From a virus, in the IMG/VR virus record IMGVR_UViG_3300017593_000402, positions 73,044-137,043 of that record: 64,000 nucleotides of DNA; one strand, given 5' to 3'. The translations under genes were made by a program, and so were the position numbers. The notes beneath the pieces are model-generated. The model had not been told where the DNA came from, did no database searches, and saw nothing but the letters and a program-made list of their open reading frames with translations. Below, in pieces: positions 19,636 to 30,310 of this stretch (positions are counted from its first letter, which is position 1; the number at the start of each line of letters is the position of its first letter).

Positions 19636-21513
19636 ATGAGTTACGATGTAACCTCTCTTATTTCGGAAAGACTTGATGCTATTGAACACGGAGCGGCTAC
19701 TACTACAGGAGCGATTAATAGTTTTTTGGATGAGTTTTTGCACAGAGGTGGAATAAGCATTAGTCTTGCTCCAATTAAAGATTTGCCTATTCAGGTTGAA
19801 CCTATTCCTGACTTACCAGAGGAAATAAATGTTTCTGATTTAGATTATATTCCTACTGATTTAACTTTTCCTGATCATCCTATAGAAGAATTTGATTTAA
19901 ACGAGCTTGTTTCTGAATTTGATTCTATTTCTACAGAAATAGGGCAGAATATAGACAAACCTCTTATTAGTTCTGTATCTCAAGCTTTAGATTCTATTTC
20001 TATGCCTGAAATTCCTGACGATTTAGATTCCATAACTGAACCTTCGTTAGAAGCAATTTCTTTGCCTACGCTGCCTTCGTTTGATAAAGTGTCGGTTCCT
20101 TATCCAGAATCAATTACAACTGAGTTTTCTCCTGCGGATATACCTTCTCTTGCATTTATTGAAACGCAACAGTTATTTAAAGAATTTGATTCTCTTTTAC
20201 AAAAAGATTTGCAATTTTCTAGGTATGCACATGAATTGATAAGAGATAGACGCTCTCGAATTAAGGAGTTAATAAATTTTTACGAACGAGTTTTGAATAT
20301 TCTCAAAACTACCAATCCTCTCCAAAGAGTTGAAAAAGTTATCAATGAAATAAATTTTATTGTAGATGAGGGAGAGAAAAGATTTATTAGTCCTATTTAT
20401 GAGAGATACAGTTCTTTTGCTTCTAAAGATGTCAGAGATAAGTTAGAGAATTTGTATTACCAGGCCAAAATTTTGAGTACGGGTCAATTGAAAGAAAAAT
20501 ACTTTAGTGAAAACGTTTTCACTGACCGTGATAAAGAAGATGAAATAGAATCTTTAGAACTTCAACTCAAGGAAGACTTAGATAAACACGAGACTGCTTA
20601 TATAGATGCCTGCATTCAAGTTTGGAATGTTACTACTTCATATGTTCTTTTGTATGTAACCAAATTATTAATAGAATTTCAGCAAAGGCTTAATTATGAA
20701 AATATTTTGGTTCAGCTCCATGAGGACCTAAGTAAAGCAATTTTGAGATATTATGATATGTATAATGCTTTGCTCCAAGCTGAAAATACACAATTAGATA
20801 AGTTCAAAGCTGTTTTGAATAGAGCTAGTATGGAGTTAGATAAAATTCAATCAATTCTTGAAAAGAACAACGCCTATATAGAGGCTTATGCTGCTCAGGT
20901 TAGAGGGCTCCAAACTTTGGTTGATAAGTATAATGTAGATAGAAGACTATACCAAGCTCAGCTTGCTGAAAGATCATCTAGAGTAGATTTAGCTAGAAGC
21001 GTTTATCAAAACAATCAAGCTAAAGTTGATTTATATCAAAGAGCTGTAGCTCTGGTTAACAAGCTTTATGGTCTAAGACAAGAAAAAGTGAGAGATATTC
21101 TTAACAGAGGTAGAATTAAATTGGGGTTTGCTAAAGCTCAACAACAGTTAGACGTGACAGTTTCTAAAGCTTTGGAAAACATTTATAATATTTATGGTGA
21201 TATTATGGAAGTAGATATAGACAGATATAAAGCTGAATATAATAATATTTTGAATGATAGTATTTTGGATTATAAAACTAAAGTTAGATTGAATGCGGAA
21301 CGAGCTAATTTATTAAAACAAGCTTACTCTGTGTTTCTCCAAAAAGTGGGGCAAGAAGATAGGTATATTTTAACAAGTACTCGATTGATCAATGATATGG
21401 CAAACAGATTAGCTATGGAAGCTTTTAGGCCTTTGGCTTCTATGTCTTCTGGATTATTGAGTGCTATTGATGCTGTTGTTAATGGGTTATACGAATTTGT
21501 AGCTGAGGGATAA
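19636..21513 (+). CDS. Coiled-coil virion protein
   Basis: Same architecture as 17640-19634; both end ...(A/L)LSA...EG. Confidence 0.55.
   Translation: MSYDVTSLISERLDAIEHGAATTTGAINSFLDEFLHRGGISISLAPIKDLPIQVEPIPDLPEEINVSDLDYIPTDLTFPDHPIEEFDLNELVSEFDSISTEIGQNIDKPLISSVSQALDSISMPEIPDDLDSITEPSLEAISLPTLPSFDKVSVPYPESITTEFSPADIPSLAFIETQQLFKEFDSLLQKDLQFSRYAHELIRDRRSRIKELINFYERVLNILKTTNPLQRVEKVINEINFIVDEGEKRFISPIYERYSSFASKDVRDKLENLYYQAKILSTGQLKEKYFSENVFTDRDKEDEIESLELQLKEDLDKHETAYIDACIQVWNVTTSYVLLYVTKLLIEFQQRLNYENILVQLHEDLSKAILRYYDMYNALLQAENTQLDKFKAVLNRASMELDKIQSILEKNNAYIEAYAAQVRGLQTLVDKYNVDRRLYQAQLAERSSRVDLARSVYQNNQAKVDLYQRAVALVNKLYGLRQEKVRDILNRGRIKLGFAKAQQQLDVTVSKALENIYNIYGDIMEVDIDRYKAEYNNILNDSILDYKTKVRLNAERANLLKQAYSVFLQKVGQEDRYILTSTRLINDMANRLAMEAFRPLASMSSGLLSAIDAVVNGLYEFVAEG
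20508..20521. repeat. 14-bp palindrome TGAAAACGTTTTCA (intragenic)
   Basis: Exact; extends to AGTG...CACT. Confidence 0.95.
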
Positions 21514-21514
21514 A

Positions 21515-22525
21515 ATGCCTCGTTATTATGATCCAAATAAGCCTGTAAAAATAGACAAAAAACTGATTGAACAAGAAGCTCTCCAGACTCCTTGGATAGA
21601 CCCTATTGATTTATTGACGTTTGGACGTGGAATTCTAGGCAAGGCTGGTGTAAAAGGAGCTGGAGAGGCTTTGAGTGCATTATCTATTAAAGGAGCGTCG
21701 AAAATGGGGCTAGCTAACAAAGCATTTAGTTTAGGAGGTAAGGCTCTAAAGAAAGGATGGCCTGTGTTATTAGGCTATGCTTTAGGTTCTATGGGTGGTA
21801 AAGGTGAAAAACAAGAAGCTTTGCCTTCTGTAGAAAAACCTGCTCTTACTAGAGAGCAATTTCAAAGCTTTGTTGATCAAATTAATAGCATTTTAGGCGG
21901 AGGTATTCCTATTAATGAGTATTCTAGGCAGGCTGTAGAGCTAGCAACTAAAGCCTTGCCTACGCTGCAAGCCGCTTATACTCCTGTTATTGAAAGCGGC
22001 AGGGAAGCTGCAAAACGTTTAACTAAATTAACCTCAGCTATTCCTCTGACAACTACGCAAGGGCCGAGCTATTATGATACAGGACTACTAGACGTAATGG
22101 GTTCGCAGATTTCCAGGTTGCTAAGCCAGGCCCAACCTGCCGATATGAGTTTTGGTTCTTTATTAAGAGCTAAATACGCCAGGCGTGCTTTGCAAACAGC
22201 TCTGCCTACTTATGCAAGTCTGATAAATGCTGGGCGTCGATCAGTAGCCCCTTCATCTGTAGTGCCTAATTTAATAACTGCTGCTTATACTGCACAAACA
22301 CAACCGCAACTTAATATGCTTGCTGCTTTGCCTCAGCTTCTTACAACAGCACAGACTACTTTGCGTCAAATTGGAGCAGGACAACAGGCAAAGGCAGCTA
22401 TGCTTCTCAATACATTGTTAGGGAGCCAAAACCGTATGGACGTAGCTACTTTAACTGCTTTAACAAGACTAGGTGCGCTTGATCCTACAATCAGAGATTT
22501 AATTCTTCAAAATTATATTCAATAA
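21515..22525 (+). CDS. Putative internal virion (ejection) protein
   Basis: Ala/Gly/Gln-rich helical protein upstream of the giant gene. Confidence 0.5.
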   Translation: MPRYYDPNKPVKIDKKLIEQEALQTPWIDPIDLLTFGRGILGKAGVKGAGEALSALSIKGASKMGLANKAFSLGGKALKKGWPVLLGYALGSMGGKGEKQEALPSVEKPALTREQFQSFVDQINSILGGGIPINEYSRQAVELATKALPTLQAAYTPVIESGREAAKRLTKLTSAIPLTTTQGPSYYDTGLLDVMGSQISRLLSQAQPADMSFGSLLRAKYARRALQTALPTYASLINAGRRSVAPSSVVPNLITAAYTAQTQPQLNMLAALPQLLTTAQTTLRQIGAGQQAKAAMLLNTLLGSQNRMDVATLTALTRLGALDPTIRDLILQNYIQ

Positions 22526-22537
22526 GGAGAAAAACAA

Positions 22538-25500
22538 ATGCCTAATAATGCTCTTGCAGAACTTATAGCAAGAAGAATGTTAGGACTTCCTTTGCAGGGA
22601 GACTTAAATCTGCCTTCTGAGCAGGAGCAAGTAGGATTACCTCCTACTCCTGTTTCTCAATTACCACAAACTGCTATTCCTGCTGGAACTGCATTGGTTC
22701 AAGTTCCCCAAGCCCCTACTATGAGACAAGTAGTGGGTGAAGAGGAATCGTGGCCTAGTATTCTTGCTAAGTCTGCTGCTAGCGGATTAAGCCAAGTTGC
22801 TACAGGTGCGTTGGGAGCGGCATCAGGTATTTTGGAAAATTTAGGAGCTAATACTCAAGAGCTTCAAAATCTGGCTAATGAAATCAATCAAGCTTTGGCT
22901 CCTAAAGTAGGTAAAAGTAGAGCTAAATCATGGGTTGCTGGAATTATCCAGTCTACAATAAACTCTTTAGCTCAATATGCCTTATCAAGAAGATTTGGGA
23001 TTCCTTTACTTCCTATGTTTGGGGTTACCAGTGGAGGACAGAAATACTTACAAACTAGGCAAGAAGGGTATGCTCCTAGTACAGCTTTAAAAGCTGCTGT
23101 TCCTACTGGTTTGTCCGAAGCTCTTACTGAGAAGATTCCTTTTGAAGCAGTGTTTAAAGATGTGGGCAAGCCTATTGTTAAACGGTTGATTAAACTATAT
23201 GGAGGCGAGCTATTAGGAGAGAACATTAATACTTTAACTGAAGATATTGTAAACCGAGTAGTTTTGCATCAGCCTCAGACACTTAATGATTATATTCGTG
23301 ATCTGGTTGATACTACTGTTATTACATTAGGCCAGACCAGTTTGACTGGATTACCAGGAATTGTTGCTCAAACACAACTAGAAAAGAGAAGAAAAGCAGC
23401 TATTCCTTCAACTGAAAAAGTTATTGAAGAAGCTCTAAAAGCAACAAAACAGGCTCCGACTCCTGAAGCGGCTAGCGAAACTGTATTAGATGTTCTGCCT
23501 TTGGTTATAAAGTCTTTAAGTGCTTCTAAAGTAGAAGCAAATGACTATCAAGGTTGGGCTAGGGAAGCAGTCAAAGCTTATAGTAAAATTGCTAATGCAA
23601 TTCCTGACGAAGACCTCTCTGTCAAGCGAACGCTTAATGATACCGTTAAGGCTTTTAAGCTTATAGCAAGTGGCAGAAAGTTAAAAGATGAAGAACTACC
23701 TATTTTATCTCATGCTAGTGCAGAAGTTACAGAGTGGCCTGATGATATTCCAGGAAAACAGGCTTTGCTAAAAGCTATTGACACGCTAGTCAAAACTAAC
23801 GAACCTCCCAAACCTAAAACTGCTATTCCTGAATCTAATTTACTTACTCTTGGATTTAAGCCTTCTGAGCAAAAGAAGCTTAGTGCTGAAGATAAAGAGA
23901 AGATTCTAAAGAACAAGATCAGTAGAAAGGACGTCATCCTCAAAAGAGATGGGACTGTAGTTTATAAGAAGGAAAAAGCTCCGACCAAAGAGCTGATTCC
24001 TAAACAAGAAGCTATTCCTACTAAAAAAGAAACTCCAGTTAAGAAAAAAGTTCCTGCTAAGAAGAAACCTGTTGAGAAACCAACTACGGGTTCCTTGGAT
24101 GAAACTATACAAGAGTTCAAAAACTTAGGTTATACCATTAAGGAAATAACCTCCTTAAAACCTGAGGATATGGTCAAGATTAAGGAGGAGAAAATACCCA
24201 GAGACCAGGTAGAGATAAAAGAAGGCAAGTTAATACTTAAGCCAAAGAAAGAGGCCGTTCCAAAAAAGAAAGCTCTTCCTGAAAAAGAATTAATTCCTAA
24301 AGAAGCTATTCCTAAGAAGTCTGAAAAAGAACTAATTCCCAAGGAGAAAAAACCTGTACAGGCTATTGATATTACTAAAATTGCTCAAACTCCGAAATCT
24401 AAAATAAAAGGATTGGTAACTATTGATGAGAAGGCCAAAGAAATTGTCCAAATAAAAGACAATAAGGTTATAGTACATCCAGATTTCTTTAAAAAGAGGA
24501 AAGTAACTCGTAAAAAATTGCTTAAAGAAGCTTTAACGCCGAAACCCGTAGCAAAAGAACCAATAGTAAAAAAAGGAGCAGCGGCTCCAGCTACGCCTAA
24601 ATTTACTGAGCAAGAAAGAAAATCACTCAAAAAGCTTGGGTATAGCGACAAGCAAATACAGCGTATGAAACCCGAAGCTGCTAAGGAACTCCTTTCTAAG
24701 AAAATCAAAGCAGATTTTGTAAGCGTAAAACAGGACGGAACTATCAAAGTTTTAAAACCAGAAGAAGTTAATGAAGTAGAAGCCGCTCTGAAAAAGAAGG
24801 TCAAAACACTTACTAAAAAACCCAAGCCTTTGTCTTTAATTGAACTTCCTAAAATGAAAAAAGGAGCCGAGTCTCCTGAATTAGCTGCTAAAGTTTACAA
24901 AGTTCACTACGATGGTCAGTGGCCCGAAGGCCCGATGATGGGAAAATTAAGCGGTGCGTATTCTTTTACTTTAACTGAAAAAACTCACCCTATTTTTGGG
25001 AAAAAAGGAGGAGCTACCAGTATAGTTGTGCCTAGAGGGGAACTCTCCAAGTTGCCTGAAATAATAGAACAAAAAATTAGAGAGTATGCAGAAGCTGAAG
25101 GTTTGGCTCAACCAGAGTTGATACCAGGGCATCCTGTTAAGTCTGAGTCCCGCAACCTAGAAGCAACTTCTAGAAACAAGATGCGGTTGTTTAAGACAAA
25201 CCTAAAAGCACTGAAAAAAGCAATTCCGCATCCTACTATCGAGGACAGAATTACTGCTGCTTATTATAGATTTAAGCCTGCATGGGAAAAGTTTACTGGA
25301 AAAGGAAAATACTTAATTCCTAATTTGGGTAGGACTAAATATGTGCAAGAAGAAGCCAAAGCTAGAAAAGTAGAAGATAAAGATTTATTTAAACTGGATT
25401 ATCTCCTGAGTGCCAAAGAATGGCTGGCTGGTACTAATTTCAAAGAACAAATTAAAAAAGGATTGATAACTGAAAAGGAAGCCCAGGCTCGAATTAGATT

Positions 25501-28500
25501 CTTTGATAAGTTCGGTGAAAACGTTTTCAGATTTAAGTCCGAACTAACGTCTGGTTTAACAGATATGTTTCGCAAATGGGCAGAAGGAGAGCCATATAAA
25601 CTTGACCCAGAAGAACCAGATTCCCCTCATATCAATAACATAATTATGGAGGCCCTTGGTACTCCCAAAGAAAAAATAGCTCCTCGTTATACTTTAGAAG
25701 AACTGCTTCATCCTCCAAAAGATAAAGCTGAGGAAATTTCCCATCATCTAGCCTATGGCTTTGCTTATACCATAATGGACAGGTATATTCGTTTGGCAAG
25801 AAATATTCCAGTTTCTACTGTTGAAGACATATTAGATAATATGCTTACTTACGGATTGGTTCATTATGAAATGGCGTTTGAGGATGAAGATTCTTTCTTC
25901 TTTAACGAATTGGCTCCGACCGAACTTTCTGATGAGCAAATTAAACAGTTATTAAAGAATGCTACGTTTGACAAAATAGCAGACTATTTGGAAAATTTTC
26001 ACTTTTTCTTCCTAAAGAATAATATGGGTCTCCATAAATTGGATACTATTTTAGGTCTGTCCGCAGGATTAATGAAATACACAATGGATTTAATTAGGTC
26101 TGAGGAGTATTTTGAGTCTACTGATGCTGGCCGAGTTGTAAGGAACGAAGTGAAAAATGTGGTAATGCCTGCTATCCAGAGAATAATTCAGGCTGCTGAT
26201 AAGTTGATGGTTGTAAGCCGAGACCTAAAGCATATTGTAGGTATAAAAGGTATTATGAAAAAGCTAGAGCGAACGATTCTAGCTTATCAAAATAAAGAAA
26301 TAGATGATCCTGAAAAATATATTAGAACATTAGAGCCTTATTGGAGAAAAGTAATTCTCCCTTATCTAACATCTAATGAAAAGGCTTTAGCTGAAAAGAT
26401 AGGAAGCGAAGAATTTTACAAAGCTAAGAAAGCTGGGATAGCAGATAAGATTTTGAACAACCTTGCAGACCGTATGACTGCTTACTCGACCAGTGCGAAT
26501 GGTTTTAAGAGTCTGGTTACCCAGCCAAATACAAATGCTTATCAAGCTCTTCTCTATCTTTCAAAACATGCACAAAGTTTGCATGTTCGACAGATGGCTA
26601 GCATTTTGGCCGAGCTAGGTTATGTTGCCAAAGCTCTTCCAGACGTTCCATTGGAAATACGCAGGGTAGCCTCTTCTTCTCGTGCGGTATTCAATAGCAG
26701 GGGACCTCATGTTGGTACTATTACTGTTCGACCTAACTTGAGCCCTTATGAACTTGAGGTTTCCTTTTTGCACGAAGTAACACACGCTCTGACTTATTAT
26801 AGACTTTCTGTTAACAAAGAAGCCCTCCAGACCGTTAACAATTTGATGGTTAAGGCTAGAGAACACATATCTGACACGGAAAAGAAAGTAGCGGATTTGC
26901 TGCTTCGTCAGGTTAGGCTAAAAGAAGCTGTAGATTGGGACGAGATTAACGAGCTAACAAAAGATGATGAATCATTTAAAGCTCATTATAAAGAATATGG
27001 TGACAAGTGGTACTTGGTTTTGTACGGATTAGCTCATCCCCATGAGTTTGTGGCAAACGCCATATCTGATCCTGCTACATATTTGTTTTTAAATGGCATT
27101 GAAGTAGAAAAGAAACAGAGTTTGTGGGACAAGGTAATTGATTTCGTTGTCAATGTTTTAGGAATAGGAAAAGACAAAGCTACTTTATGGACTGAATCTG
27201 TCAAAGAAATTTTGGATATTATTAATAAAAGCAAATTAGATGATGTGGTTTTCCTCAAACAGTTAAGAAGAGAACCTCAAATTTCGAATTACCTCAAACA
27301 ACAATTAGAAGCTACTGAACTAGCTGATCCTGTATTGAAAGATTTTCAGGTACAGCAATTTGAAGAGAAGCTACAGCAGTTTGCACCTTCTTTGAACGAT
27401 TATGATTATGAACATTTGAAAGGATTTGCTAAGCAGCTTCTTAAACAATCACCTAAAGCGGCTCCTAAGCTTGCAGATATAGGCAAAGTAAGACAAGCTG
27501 TAGGTTTGCCTTTGTGGACATCTCTTATCCATCCAGAATTTGCTCCTTTATTTAAACATACAGTTAAAGCGATGGAGGAGAAAAATTTTGCTCTCCACAA
27601 TATTTTGGAGACGGGTAATATTTATTTTTCCCAGCTTAATGATGAAGAAAAAGAAGTTGTTAATGCTGCAATTAAGATAAGTGATGCTTTGAATATACAA
27701 TTTACCAGGAAAGAATTGGCTAATTTTCCAAATACAGTTAAAAGCCTTAAAGCTCTTTTCAATAAGCTGTTTATTTACAGAAAAGCTCCTTCGGTTGTTC
27801 GCCAGCAAATTCTGGAGCAGTCTCCTTTTGATCTGCCAAAAGAATACTCACAACCAGAGTATATTAAGAGGTTTAAGTACTTTTTTGATTATGCTCTGCC
27901 TAGTTTTAAGATACAGAAAATTTATGGAGTTATGGCTGATGGTTACTATAACTATTGTGAAGTAACCAACAAAACAGCAGAACATATTTCGGATAAACTT
28001 CTTACTCTTATTATCGACGTTGTAGTAAAAGACCCGATGGCTTCTAATACTATTTTTGCTCTAATCAAACATCCAGAATTGAAAAAGAAAATATCTGAAG
28101 ATGCTTTAGCAACTTATGAGCCAATTCTTGAAGAAGTAGAAAATCATCCGCTTTTTAAAAAGTATGAAAGAATTAGAGATTTGATTGATAAGTTAGACTT
28201 TTATAGTCCTCGTTACAGAGACCAAGATGCTTCTGAAATGATTGTAGCTTTTGACAAAGAAGCTTTTGCCAAATCATTTAAGAAACACATAGCCCAAACT
28301 GGGAGCAGAGCTAAGGCTCTGGAAAAAGTTTATGACGACTTGTCTCAGCAAAACAAAGTATATCTAAGAGAACACGTAAGAAGAATTGATCCTGATATGC
28401 AGAAAAAGCTAGAAAGAGCCAAAAGAGTGTTTGGCAAAGACAATGTTGTCCTTCTACTTCCAAATTATAGATTAGCTGAGAGCGTATATGGAGATATTAC

Positions 28501-30310
28501 TGAAGGCAATGTCGGTGCTTTTCTTGAAGCTTTGGCGAATAAGACTAAAAGCGGCAAGGCTAGCCCAGAAACTCTAGACGAAATTCTTTCGGAAATTTCA
28601 AACATGATTGAAGAAGAGTTGCTGGCTAGAAGTAGAGCAGGACAAAAATTCCTCCACAGAAATCCTTATTTGATCCTGGGTTATCATTTAGATAAGACTA
28701 CAGAGGAAACATTTAATTATGTCAATAATGCAGCTAACTATATGGCTCGTATAGAAGCATTAGTAAACGGACTTCCTTTGCTTAATAGGATTGATCCAAA
28801 ACAACAAGCCAAGTTAAGAGATTATGCACATAAATGGTTTTTTGATCAGCTTAAACCACAGACTCAGTTTGATAAAGTTGTTGGTAAAACTAAAGCATAT
28901 ATGTTTTTGTGGTATTTAAGTGGAATGTTAAGGCCCGCAGCGGTTCAGGCTACGCAGATGTTTGTAAGCACTATTCCTTTGGCTAAGATTATTTATAAAC
29001 TGCCTTTGAGCAAGGTTAGTGCTTTGTTTATGAAAGCGTATAAAGATGTTATCCTCAACGGAAATATAGAAGAAAATGAAAATCTAACTGAAGACGAGAA
29101 AAAGTTTCTTAATATTACTTACGCTAAAGGCGTAACCACTGCCCAGTTTATTAACCAAATACGAGACGAAGTAGCAGGTAGCGGAGGTTGGACTGTAAAA
29201 GCTGCGACTTGGCTTGCTACACCTTTTGCTTACATGGAACAAACCAACCGCTTGGCCACTGCTTTAGGAGTGTACCGATTTTTTAAACAACACAATCCCA
29301 GCTTGAAACCTGATGATCCTACTGTAGTCAACGAAGCTACTGATTTAATTAATATGACCCATTTCTTAATGGGCAAACTTAACTTGCCTTCTATTGCTAC
29401 AGGAGGGACAGTACCACAAGGCTTGGCTAGGCTTGCTGTAACTTTTAGATCATTCACTATGAATTTGCTAGAACTTTATAATTATACTCTCAGGCATATG
29501 CCTGCTAGCAAAAAGCTATGGGGTTTGAACAAGGAAGGGCTAGAATTCGTAGCTTACAGTCTTTTGGCTTTCAGCATGTTTGGCGGTATTTTGTCTATAC
29601 CTTTCCTCGATGATCTTATCAAACTGCTAGAACGGCAAACAGGAAAACCTCTTAGACGATTGTTCTTTAAGAAAATTGGAGACATCAATAATCCTTTGGC
29701 TTATAGCTTAGAAAGAGGTCTTCCTTCTTTAATTGGCGTGGATTTAAGCGGTTCTCTAAAAATAGAAATACCCACTTCTCCTTCAGATGTATTGAATGCA
29801 ATATTTGGAGTATATGGAGGATTGGCCAAGAATGCTACAGATTCCCTTGTTGCTTATCAAGGATTTGATAAAATCAATGCTGTGTATCGAATTTTACCGC
29901 AATTTATAGGTAATCCTCTTAAAGCATATGAGGCCTATAAAGGATTGAAAAATCCTTATAATAAACCTATATATGACGAAAACGGTAAGCCGATTAAAGT
30001 TAGTTTGCCAGAAGCCTTATTAATCGCTACTGGGTTTAGACCAACTAGATTTGGCAAGACATATGCGTATAAAAGTGCTGCTAGAAATATTTCTGCATAT
30101 TTTAGGAAGAGGAGAAATGAGATTTATAATATGTTTAGGTCTGCTCAGACTCCAAAGCAAAGAGCCAAGGTACTTGCTGAAATAGTAAAATACAACAAGG
30201 AAGCATCTAAATATATTACTGTCCCACGAATAACTCTTAGGTCTTTGGCTACTGCTATAATGCCTAAACAAGAAAAATTGGCTGAGGAACTTAGGATGAG
30301 AGGTCTTTAA
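22538..30310 (+). CDS. Giant internal virion/polyvalent protein with zincin-like HExxH motif
   Basis: 2590 aa; Lys/Pro/Glu-rich tract; FLHEVTHALT...HEFVANA motif; terminal position in the virion operon. Confidence 0.7.
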   Translation: MPNNALAELIARRMLGLPLQGDLNLPSEQEQVGLPPTPVSQLPQTAIPAGTALVQVPQAPTMRQVVGEEESWPSILAKSAASGLSQVATGALGAASGILENLGANTQELQNLANEINQALAPKVGKSRAKSWVAGIIQSTINSLAQYALSRRFGIPLLPMFGVTSGGQKYLQTRQEGYAPSTALKAAVPTGLSEALTEKIPFEAVFKDVGKPIVKRLIKLYGGELLGENINTLTEDIVNRVVLHQPQTLNDYIRDLVDTTVITLGQTSLTGLPGIVAQTQLEKRRKAAIPSTEKVIEEALKATKQAPTPEAASETVLDVLPLVIKSLSASKVEANDYQGWAREAVKAYSKIANAIPDEDLSVKRTLNDTVKAFKLIASGRKLKDEELPILSHASAEVTEWPDDIPGKQALLKAIDTLVKTNEPPKPKTAIPESNLLTLGFKPSEQKKLSAEDKEKILKNKISRKDVILKRDGTVVYKKEKAPTKELIPKQEAIPTKKETPVKKKVPAKKKPVEKPTTGSLDETIQEFKNLGYTIKEITSLKPEDMVKIKEEKIPRDQVEIKEGKLILKPKKEAVPKKKALPEKELIPKEAIPKKSEKELIPKEKKPVQAIDITKIAQTPKSKIKGLVTIDEKAKEIVQIKDNKVIVHPDFFKKRKVTRKKLLKEALTPKPVAKEPIVKKGAAAPATPKFTEQERKSLKKLGYSDKQIQRMKPEAAKELLSKKIKADFVSVKQDGTIKVLKPEEVNEVEAALKKKVKTLTKKPKPLSLIELPKMKKGAESPELAAKVYKVHYDGQWPEGPMMGKLSGAYSFTLTEKTHPIFGKKGGATSIVVPRGELSKLPEIIEQKIREYAEAEGLAQPELIPGHPVKSESRNLEATSRNKMRLFKTNLKALKKAIPHPTIEDRITAAYYRFKPAWEKFTGKGKYLIPNLGRTKYVQEEAKARKVEDKDLFKLDYLLSAKEWLAGTNFKEQIKKGLITEKEAQARIRFFDKFGENVFRFKSELTSGLTDMFRKWAEGEPYKLDPEEPDSPHINNIIMEALGTPKEKIAPRYTLEELLHPPKDKAEEISHHLAYGFAYTIMDRYIRLARNIPVSTVEDILDNMLTYGLVHYEMAFEDEDSFFFNELAPTELSDEQIKQLLKNATFDKIADYLENFHFFFLKNNMGLHKLDTILGLSAGLMKYTMDLIRSEEYFESTDAGRVVRNEVKNVVMPAIQRIIQAADKLMVVSRDLKHIVGIKGIMKKLERTILAYQNKEIDDPEKYIRTLEPYWRKVILPYLTSNEKALAEKIGSEEFYKAKKAGIADKILNNLADRMTAYSTSANGFKSLVTQPNTNAYQALLYLSKHAQSLHVRQMASILAELGYVAKALPDVPLEIRRVASSSRAVFNSRGPHVGTITVRPNLSPYELEVSFLHEVTHALTYYRLSVNKEALQTVNNLMVKAREHISDTEKKVADLLLRQVRLKEAVDWDEINELTKDDESFKAHYKEYGDKWYLVLYGLAHPHEFVANAISDPATYLFLNGIEVEKKQSLWDKVIDFVVNVLGIGKDKATLWTESVKEILDIINKSKLDDVVFLKQLRREPQISNYLKQQLEATELADPVLKDFQVQQFEEKLQQFAPSLNDYDYEHLKGFAKQLLKQSPKAAPKLADIGKVRQAVGLPLWTSLIHPEFAPLFKHTVKAMEEKNFALHNILETGNIYFSQLNDEEKEVVNAAIKISDALNIQFTRKELANFPNTVKSLKALFNKLFIYRKAPSVVRQQILEQSPFDLPKEYSQPEYIKRFKYFFDYALPSFKIQKIYGVMADGYYNYCEVTNKTAEHISDKLLTLIIDVVVKDPMASNTIFALIKHPELKKKISEDALATYEPILEEVENHPLFKKYERIRDLIDKLDFYSPRYRDQDASEMIVAFDKEAFAKSFKKHIAQTGSRAKALEKVYDDLSQQNKVYLREHVRRIDPDMQKKLERAKRVFGKDNVVLLLPNYRLAESVYGDITEGNVGAFLEALANKTKSGKASPETLDEILSEISNMIEEELLARSRAGQKFLHRNPYLILGYHLDKTTEETFNYVNNAANYMARIEALVNGLPLLNRIDPKQQAKLRDYAHKWFFDQLKPQTQFDKVVGKTKAYMFLWYLSGMLRPAAVQATQMFVSTIPLAKIIYKLPLSKVSALFMKAYKDVILNGNIEENENLTEDEKKFLNITYAKGVTTAQFINQIRDEVAGSGGWTVKAATWLATPFAYMEQTNRLATALGVYRFFKQHNPSLKPDDPTVVNEATDLINMTHFLMGKLNLPSIATGGTVPQGLARLAVTFRSFTMNLLELYNYTLRHMPASKKLWGLNKEGLEFVAYSLLAFSMFGGILSIPFLDDLIKLLERQTGKPLRRLFFKKIGDINNPLAYSLERGLPSLIGVDLSGSLKIEIPTSPSDVLNAIFGVYGGLAKNATDSLVAYQGFDKINAVYRILPQFIGNPLKAYEAYKGLKNPYNKPIYDENGKPIKVSLPEALLIATGFRPTRFGKTYAYKSAARNISAYFRKRRNEIYNMFRSAQTPKQRAKVLAEIVKYNKEASKYITVPRITLRSLATAIMPKQEKLAEELRMRGL
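25516..25529. repeat. 14-bp palindrome TGAAAACGTTTTCA (intragenic)
   Basis: Exact copy. Confidence 0.95.
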
